From Eledone cirrhosa (lineage: Eukaryota): a stretch of 64,000 nucleotides of DNA. The stretch lies in contig OZ024741.1 in the NCBI GenBank assembly GCA_964016885.1, positions 131,192,001 to 131,256,000 on the forward strand. Reading direction: 5' to 3'. Shown piece after piece: positions 55,969-64,000 of the stretch (position 1 is the first letter of the stretch; every line of letters begins with the position of its first letter). The position numbers and the translations under genes are program-made. The notes beneath the pieces were generated by a model. It worked only from the letters and a program-made list of their open reading frames with translations, did not search any database and was not told the DNA's origin.

Positions 55969-56830
55969 AATAATATAATATACTTTTTGCAGTAGTTGCC
56001 TGTTATTCTTGTTGACTATGTCGGTGGTGGTGCCGGGGCTTTTTATATTGTTGGTGAGGAAGGGGTGAGCCAGCAGTCCCATATTTGTTGATGTTGACGT
56101 TTGGCCGGTGGCCAGGTCACTAAGTCAATCTATTTATATCTTTTGCTAGCCTCTCCCTTGTCTAGTGATACCGCCACCTTCCCCTTTCTCTCTCAAGTTA
56201 ACAGGGGAATAGTGGTGGTAGCAATGAAGGAGTGGTGGCGGCGGCGATGGGATAGTGGTAGCAATGATGGATGGGGTGGGGTGGTGGCAGCGGTGGCGTT
56301 GTGGTTACTGATATGTAGTATCTATGAGTTTGTGTTCGCATGTTTAATATATATTGTGTTGACATATTCCCGTAAAATTGGAATTAAACATTTTGTTAAA
56401 ATTTGAGACAATAATAAAAGTAATTATTATTATGATGCTGGGATTGATGGTGGTGGTGGTGAAATTGCCGTTATCTGGCTGTTATATTTAGTGTGATGGG
56501 ATAGGTGGTGTATCAAGTTTTTGGTGTTGGTGAAATTGCTGATATTTGGCTGTTCTATATAGTGTAGACAGAGGGTGTTTTCTTCCATTTATAACCATTT
56601 TCTTTTTTTTGAATACAAAATATATAATACAAAATTGAATATTTGAGCGATACAACAATATAATATGGATCCGAAAATTTATGGGACCTCATTCGGTGGT
56701 TTATGCACCATTTGTACTAAGAATTGTTATTTCACAATTGATTTAAATATGTTAAAAATCAAAAACTTACGGGAGCGATTTCATGACCTTCTACCACCTC
56801 GTGCGTCTTCTTCCCTTCTTCTTCTTCTTC

Positions 56831-56882
<52 letters not shown>

Positions 56883-56883
<1 letters not shown>

Positions 56884-58140
56884 TGCATTTATCTTGCTTT
56901 ATGTTCATACGAGTTATCACCAAGTCACAACCAGTGACCTCAAGAGACAACAAGGTCCGCCATGTTCAAGAAAGAACATACATATTCACACATGAATCCT
57001 TAGTGTCTAGACTTGTGATGTACTTATATTGACAGGATCTTCCTTAGTATATGGGCAGTTCCCATTAGTACTATCTTTTGTATTTCTCCTATACGCGGGT
57101 TTCCTGGGATTTGCGATAAGTAGTCGTTAGACCCCTTAGGTATCATTCCCAGAGCGCCTACAACCACTGGTATTGTTTTAGTTCTCAATTTCCACATTTT
57201 TCCAATTTCTATCTCCAGGTCCTTATACTTGCTCAATTTTTCAAATGTTTTTATAGATACATTCTTGTCTATTGGAACAGACATATCAATTAGCAGGCAT
57301 ACCCTCCTTTGAAAGTCCTTCAATATTATATCAGGTCTATTTGCATCTATTTTTCGGTCTGTTTGGATGCTAAAGCTCCACAAGATTGAGATGTGATCTT
57401 TTTCAAGTATGGGAGGTGGTTGATGCTCCCACCAATTCTTTTGATGGGGCAGGTCAAAATGCTTACACATTATCCAATGTATGTATTGTGCAGCTCTGTC
57501 ATGCCTGTTTAGGTATTCGGTTGGAGCTATAGGACTGCACATTGAAATTATATGGTCAATGATCTCTGGTTGTTTTTTTGCATACACGGCATAATGGGCT
57601 GCACCCATTTTTTATTATGTTGGCTTGGTAATTTTTTGTTGGCAGACACTGATCTTGCGCCGATATAATCAGTCCTTCAGTCTCCGATTTCAGTCCAGAG
57701 GATGCCAACCACTGATGGGTTAAAGTTTTGTCAACATCAGGATTGTTAGCTCGCTCTGGGTATTTTCCATACAGAGGCTTTTCTTGCCATTTCTTAGCCA
57801 GTTTCTGTAGCAGTTCTTTCTTTGCAGTTACTTTTACCTGCTTTGCTTTTTCTGTGTTTTCCATTTCAGCAGTAAATGGGACTTCTGAAATTTGTAGTCC
57901 ATTACTGTATCTTTGTGCATCTTTTGTAATGGAATATGATCTTTTGGTGCTTTCGTGTTTCAAAACGAGTTTGATCATCCAATCATGTGATTCCCTTAGA
58001 TATGTGGACAATCCAATTGTTGCAGTTTTCAACGCAATGTTTAACTGGATTAACCCACGTCCTCCTTCTTTCCTAGGGAGATATATTCTATCTATGTCTG
58101 CCTTAGGGTGATGCATTCTGTGCATGGTTAAGAATTTTCG
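56883..58140 (-). mobile_element. R4/Dong-like element, 5'-truncated copy
   Basis: Highly similar to 51884-53135; (ATT)n on both sides (56832-56882 and 58143-58175). Confidence 0.92.
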
Positions 58141-58141
58141 G

Positions 58142-58175
<34 letters not shown>

Positions 58176-58384
58176 GGCGACCTACGTAGGAAATCGTATT
58201 ATCGTGAGCTCCGCAAAGGTTTGTTATTTCCGTTTGTTTAAAAATTGCCATTTATGGAAAATTTTATTGTAAACTGTTTATAAGCACACATACATTGTTT
58301 TCCGAAAAGGACACCCAAAAAGATTGGGGCCTTGTGCCCAAAATTTTAACTTTTATTATTATCCAAAAATTTCTTTGAAAAAAA

Positions 58385-60370
58385 ATGGCTAATTCCCCTC
58401 TGCACGAAGCAGCTGAAAGCCTTCCTCACAAAATAACACCTCACACCGACACCACCATTGTAAATGTTACTACGTTTGCCAACACAAAAAAAAATATAAG
58501 CAGTAGCAATATTTTAAATTTGTCTCAGGCAGACATTCATTTCCCGCCATTACCAATGACTGCAGGTGTTAAAGCCTCCACCACCACCACCACCGCAACA
58601 ACCACCACCACCACCACCACCACCGCGACAACAGAAACAAAAGAAGAAAAAAATAAATTAACTCGTGACGTCGAAATGAAATCAAGCAAAATGGACTCTT
58701 CCCCACCAAAGACGACTGACGTCACAACCACCACAACTGAAAATAAAATTAATATTAACGATAGCAACAACAACAACAATGACATTATAAAACCGACCCT
58801 CAGTTTCGCCATCGTAGCAAAACAATTCGAAGCATTCACGGTAACCCAAGAAGATTTAGAAAATGCCAAACAAATGGTAAAGAAAGATGGGTACAGGGTC
58901 AGCCTCACCCCCCACCTAATAAAATGGAGCATCGGCGCCTGTGCACCGTGTCGTATAGAACAATAAATGTAAAATCGCGCCGAGTGGAACGGGCATCCGA
59001 GTCCCAAATCCAAAAAGCTTTGGGACATGTGTGGGCAAGAAAAACCCACATCAGACGTGGGCAAAAGTATGGAACCGTGGATGTGTTCTTTGAAACACCA
59101 GAGGAGGCTAGAGAACACTCCATGGCCCCATTAAAAAGTGACGACCTCACACTCGTCCCAAGCTATTGTGGCCAGAGACTCGTAAAGATCAGGGTGACCC
59201 ACGTTCCACCGGCCATCGAAATTCCCTGGCTAATAGCAGCTGTCCTCACCGGCATCGAAGCCAACACGAAAATAATAGCAGTAGCAAAAGAAAAGCAGGA
59301 AAACTGGTCCGGATCTGGGATGGAGCTCCTGATCCAAGCGGACCAAAAAAGCATTGAGGAGATCCCAGAGGTAATAGACCTCACTGACGGCAGCCACCTC
59401 ACGGTAATTGTCGAGGGCAGAAGACCTAGGTGTGTCGTTTGTGGTGAAGGAACCCACCCAAGGGCTTTCTGCCCTCAGGCTAAAAGGTTGAGGCCACCTC
59501 TCCTACCCACCCCAGTGACAAAACCATCAACACCACCAGTAGCAGAGATGGCAGCAACAACTGTAGCAGCAACAACAGAAGCAACTATAACAGCAACAAC
59601 CCCAGCAACAGTAGCAAAACCAACACCACTACCACCACCAGCAAAACCAACACCACCACCACCCAACGCTTCAGAACTAGCACCAGCGCCTACACCATCC
59701 ACCACACCACAACCAAAACTAACGGCTGTGGAGGATTTTCCACTCCCCGGCCTATCACAACTGGAGACAGATTGTGACGACGAGGAGTGGGAAACGATAT
59801 CCGGAAAAAAAAAAAAACCAAAAAAGAAAAAATTCTCTTCCTTCCCCCTCCAAAAACAAAATACAGAGGGAAACAAATAAACTAAGAAACAAAAAAGTTA
59901 GGACAGATATGCCACCATCCACACCAGCATCACCAACCCCATCAACCCAAACACCAACACCATCACCATCATTATCCCCAGCACCACCATCACCTACACC
60001 ACAAAAGTCACCAAAATTCGAAACAGAAACAAACCCACAACAAACGCAAACAAAACAAAACAACCAAAACGATACACACTACACAGCATTAAATTTGAAC
60101 AACAAGCAATTATTACACTACATCCAACACAACACCAGCATCACAGAAAAAGACTACACAACAACCCCAAAATTCACACCACCTCCACACATACAAATCA
60201 CTCGCATCACACAGAAAACGTACATGACACTAAAACAAAAATTCCCCAAAGACATCGGAGACTTCCGACAAGCACTCTCCAGGAGGATTTATAAGGACAT
60301 CCTTCCTGAGGAGGCCACAAGCAGTGAAAAGGATGGAAAAGCCGTCCTTCCCCTACGAGAAGTAAGGTAA
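58385..60370 (+). pseudogene. Tx1 ORF1 variant with two frameshifts in or near homopolymer runs
   Basis: ORFs 58385-58966, 58924-59880 (CVVCGEGTHPRAFC) and 59774-60370 are jointly homologous to 45933-48020. The frameshifts could be assembly errors. Confidence 0.85.
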
Positions 60371-60404
60371 GTGGTCTTTCCCATCTTTTCCACTCCTTTT
60401 CAAC

Positions 60405-63400
60405 ATGACCTCACTCAGAATAGGCAGCATAAATGCGCGTGGCTTGGGGTCGTCATGGAAGCAGGGCCACCTGCTCAACGACCTCAGGTCACTAAACATA
60501 GATGTAGTGGCCATCAGCGAGACCAGAATCTCCGAAGCACAGGCTTTCGCACCGATCTTCGGCGGCTACGATGTGTACGCATCTCCCAGCCGTCCGGGAT
60601 CGGGGGGAGGAGTTGCTGTGCTTTTTCGGAGAGGTTTGGATCTTGCCATACGGGCCATCTTCCTGGACCCAGAAGGTAAGTTGGTGGTGCTGGACGTGAC
60701 CAGCGGAGACGGGCAAGCTTTCAGGTTAGTGGCCGTCTATGCCCCGACAGGAGCAGGGCGGCCTGATTTCTTCCGGCGTCTGGAGACCTTTCTTGGAACG
60801 TCCCGCTCTTTAGTGTTAGTGGGCGACTGGAACGGGATCTTAGATGCACGCTGGGATTGTGTCGGATTAGTGGATAGGGAAGGAGGGTGCAAGAGTCTCA
60901 CCAACCTGCTCAGACGTTTTGAACTGTCTGACAGGTACCGAATGGATTTCCCGAATGTACCAATGTGGACTTGGACAAACCGCATAGGGTCATCCAGATC
61001 ATATCTAGATAGAGTATTTTGTAGGGAAATAGATAGGTCTAGCATAGGCTGTCCACAATTCAAGATAGTCAGCTACACGGACCACAAATTCGTGATCTGT
61101 GTGCTTGACTTAGATAGGCTTCATAGACGAGGACCCGGCTACTGGAAGCTAAACGCATCCTTACCAGCGCGCAAGGCCTACAGAGACCGGATTAGCGAAC
61201 TAGTTAAGCGGGCGTTGACGGGGGCCATCGTCAACAACAAGTGGTGGTTTGCTATGAAAAGAGCAATTAGAATAGAGTCCATTAGGTTTAGTAAGACTTT
61301 AGCAATAGAGAAAAATAGAGCAGAGGGAGAATTAGTTAGAAAATTAGATGAGGCGCTTAGCAAAGGCATCGCGACCGACGTACTTGCGGCGAAATTGGCC
61401 CTTGACCAATTCTTCAATGCAAAGCACGAAGGCTGCGTTGTCAGAGCTAGGGTGCGTGCTCTCAGACACGAGGGGACGAAAGCCGTTCAATGGGCCCGAG
61501 TGGCGGAGGCGCGTCGTGGCAACAAAGCCACGATCCGGTCTTTGGTGGACCACGACGGGCGCATGCTACTCGATCCCGGGCAAATGTGTGAAGCTTTTCA
61601 GCGACACTTCGCTCAACTGTTCGGGGGCAGTGGCGGGCCGGATCGAGGGATGGACTTTAGTGTCTACCTCGACGGACTGCCGCGGCTTTCGGCCACTGAG
61701 GCGGAGTGTTGCGAAAAGCCGATAACAACCGCTGAAGTACGGGATGCAATGACTAGTTGCACAAGGGGAAAATCGCCTGGTTTGGATGGTCTGCCCTATG
61801 AACTTTACGTACAAATGCCAAACTTGTTCGGAGGCCTCTTGGCGGACGTCTACTGCAACTGGCAACAGAACGGGAGAATTCCCAGCTCTGTGAGCCGAGG
61901 AGCGGTGGCGCTGCTGAGAAAGGATCCGAACAAGGGGGATAACATAGATAATTTTAGGCCCATAACTCTGCTAAACACAGAGTTCAAGATTTTGGCCAAG
62001 GTGCTAGCAAAGAGGTTGGCGCTTGTCGTTGGTGGTCTGGTGGGAGAGGCACAGACATGCGCCATTCCCGACAGATCCATCCACGACAACCTCCACCTCA
62101 TGCGATACATCGTAGAGAGGGTAGCTAGGGAACCTGGCACGGGTGGGTCTTTGATCAATTTAGATCAGTCGAAAGCCTTCGATAGGGTCGACCATCGTTA
62201 CCTAGCGGCAGTCCTGAGGGCGGCTGGCTTTGGGCCCGTCTTCAGAAGCTGGATCGCTGCCATGCACAGCGACATCTGCTCTGTAGTGAGAGTGAACGGT
62301 CACCTTTCGGAACCGTTCAACATCATGCGCTCGGTCCGCCAAGGATGTCCCCTCTCGTCCCTATTGTACGTATTGACTCTCGAGCCATTACTGCACAAAC
62401 TGGAGACGTTGAGGGGGGTCCCGCGCGAACTAGGATGCGGAAGATCCGTGTCAGCATATGCCGACGATGTCACCGTAGTGGTGTCGAGCGCCAAACACAT
62501 CGAGGCGATCGGCACTACACTAAGAGAATACGAAGCGGTGACAGGAACAATGATCAACCAGGAAAAGTCAGTGGGCCTGCAGCTCGGCACCTGGAGAGGC
62601 AGGTCCATGCCGTCCAACAGCGTCGTCGGGCGCTGGACGGACGGACCGGTTAAATTGCTAGGGGTCTGGTTCGGTCCAGACCTCCAGACGGACAAAAACT
62701 GGGACGAGGTGACGAGCAGGGTGGCTTCTCTCACCCAGAAATTGGCCGAGAGGAAGCTATCCCTGAAAGGTCGAGCGGAGGTGGCGAATGCGTACATCGC
62801 ATCCGTCATCTACTACCGCCTGACCGTCGTACCTTGTCCTAAGCCCCGCCTGACTGCGCTGGAGCGTTTGCTCTTTCGCTTCTTGTGGAAGGGACGCGCT
62901 CCGATGGTCAGGCGGTCCATCTGCTGTCAACACCCGCTACGTGGAGGGCTGGGCATGCCGTGGCTGATGATGCGCAGACACGCGCTCAGGCTACGACATC
63001 TCCACCTCTTCCTCAACGGTGATCAGGTGTGGTCGCCGTTTGCAAGACACGTTTTTCCCCAGCTCGTCTCCTTGACGGAGCTGCAGTCCTGGGTCAAGCG
63101 AAGACCGAGAGGGAGCGCTTGGAGACTGGAATGTCTTCAGGCGCTCACAGCCCTCGACCAATCGGGCAATGTGATCGGTGGAAACTCCACCTTGGCGTTC
63201 TATAGGGGATTAGTGGAGGGGAAGAGCGACGACGTACTTGGAGAAACTCTAGGCGTCGACGAAAATCAACTAGCCAATCTCTTCGGAAGGACTTTCGGGC
63301 CGGGGCCTATGGACAACTTCCAGAAATCCCTGGCCTGGCAGTGCTACCGAGGAGCTTTGCCAGTTCGGGATAAACTCTACAGGCATGGAGGTGCCGTCAG

Positions 63401-63824
63401 CCGGGCATGTCCGAGATGCGCGCAGGGCGACGAAACCGTCCTGCACGCACTCGTCCAGTGTCCGAGCATTGCTGACTTGTGGGTTTATGTCGAACACCTG
63501 CTGTCACGTGTAGGACCTATCCAGCTATCAGCTGAGTCCATCGTGAGGATTGCCCCGCCCCCTTCCTTTAGCCTGGAAGGGCAGGCAGTTTTTATCTGTC
63601 TGGTGGCCATGGCGAAAGAGATAGTATGGTGGACACGTTTGAAAGGGCTGAAGACGAGCACTTACCTCTTCGGTGATGCCCTGATTAACTTTTTCAAATT
63701 TCATTTGAAAAGGAAAATCAGGGTAGAGAGGGAAGTGCTCTCTTCCCAGCATTTTGTTGAAAGATGGGTGAGAGAAGCAAGTATGGCCCGAATGAATGGG
63801 CCTTCTCTGAGTATGTGTCTGTAA
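60405..63824 (+). CDS. Tx1 ORF2: APE + RT + CCHC
   Basis: 1139 aa, about 33 substitutions versus copy 1 by eye count. Confidence 0.97.
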   Translation: MTSLRIGSINARGLGSSWKQGHLLNDLRSLNIDVVAISETRISEAQAFAPIFGGYDVYASPSRPGSGGGVAVLFRRGLDLAIRAIFLDPEGKLVVLDVTSGDGQAFRLVAVYAPTGAGRPDFFRRLETFLGTSRSLVLVGDWNGILDARWDCVGLVDREGGCKSLTNLLRRFELSDRYRMDFPNVPMWTWTNRIGSSRSYLDRVFCREIDRSSIGCPQFKIVSYTDHKFVICVLDLDRLHRRGPGYWKLNASLPARKAYRDRISELVKRALTGAIVNNKWWFAMKRAIRIESIRFSKTLAIEKNRAEGELVRKLDEALSKGIATDVLAAKLALDQFFNAKHEGCVVRARVRALRHEGTKAVQWARVAEARRGNKATIRSLVDHDGRMLLDPGQMCEAFQRHFAQLFGGSGGPDRGMDFSVYLDGLPRLSATEAECCEKPITTAEVRDAMTSCTRGKSPGLDGLPYELYVQMPNLFGGLLADVYCNWQQNGRIPSSVSRGAVALLRKDPNKGDNIDNFRPITLLNTEFKILAKVLAKRLALVVGGLVGEAQTCAIPDRSIHDNLHLMRYIVERVAREPGTGGSLINLDQSKAFDRVDHRYLAAVLRAAGFGPVFRSWIAAMHSDICSVVRVNGHLSEPFNIMRSVRQGCPLSSLLYVLTLEPLLHKLETLRGVPRELGCGRSVSAYADDVTVVVSSAKHIEAIGTTLREYEAVTGTMINQEKSVGLQLGTWRGRSMPSNSVVGRWTDGPVKLLGVWFGPDLQTDKNWDEVTSRVASLTQKLAERKLSLKGRAEVANAYIASVIYYRLTVVPCPKPRLTALERLLFRFLWKGRAPMVRRSICCQHPLRGGLGMPWLMMRRHALRLRHLHLFLNGDQVWSPFARHVFPQLVSLTELQSWVKRRPRGSAWRLECLQALTALDQSGNVIGGNSTLAFYRGLVEGKSDDVLGETLGVDENQLANLFGRTFGPGPMDNFQKSLAWQCYRGALPVRDKLYRHGGAVSRACPRCAQGDETVLHALVQCPSIADLWVYVEHLLSRVGPIQLSAESIVRIAPPPSFSLEGQAVFICLVAMAKEIVWWTRLKGLKTSTYLFGDALINFFKFHLKRKIRVEREVLSSQHFVERWVREASMARMNGPSLSMCL

Positions 63825-64000
63825 ATTAAAGGTGGAAAACTGGGAGAGGGCACTTGCCCTGGTGGTCAGGGCCACTGTGGTCTTTTAATGGGCTTTCTCC
63901 ACAAATGTCCCTTGGAAGTCTCCCCCCTATTGGGGAATTTTTCTTTGTTATTTTATTTCAACCTCTGTTTTTTTACACGCAGAAATGCCCATTTGTACCG

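Larger units (their letters stand above)
58176..64000 (+). mobile_element. Tx1/L1-clade LINE, family A copy 2 (runs off the window end)
   Basis: Begins right after (ATT)n; ORF1 frameshifted, ORF2 intact; 3' UTR like 51476-51670. Confidence 0.95.

Noticed and set aside
46038-63875. Antisense ORFs overlapping the Tx1 and R4 ORFs
   Set aside because: Shadow ORFs of GC-rich or low-complexity coding sequence; they recur only because the parent copies are near-identical.

Overview
Eukaryotic, microsatellite-rich window made almost entirely of transposable elements. No confident host gene was found. The SINE motifs and repeat landscape suggest an octopus or other cephalopod (inference from recalled sequences, not a search). 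Content: (i) Tx1/L1-clade LINEs, with two copies carrying an intact 1139-aa ORF2 in (ATT)n tracts and a decayed sister family in (CTAT)n tracts; (ii) an R4/Dong-like RT+RLE retrotransposon and a truncated copy in (ATT)n; (iii) four Penelope-like elements (PLEs) and about ten small fold-back PLE 3' fragments in (TA)n, together carrying at least 15 hammerhead-ribozyme-like motifs, several with a U3:A8 core; (iv) RTE and CR1 remnants, non-autonomous Helitrons, a hAT MITE and tRNA-type SINEs. Most notable: a splice donor overlapping the ORF1 stop in all three Tx1 copies whose first downstream AG gives an in-frame ORF1-ORF2 fusion; ORF1 module swapping at that point; a 3' signature shared by Tx1 and the SINE; hammerhead-centred fold-back mini-elements; and a double-pseudoknot 5' UTR in the R4/Dong element. 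All coordinates were read by eye and may be off by a few nt. No folding, alignment or database search was run.
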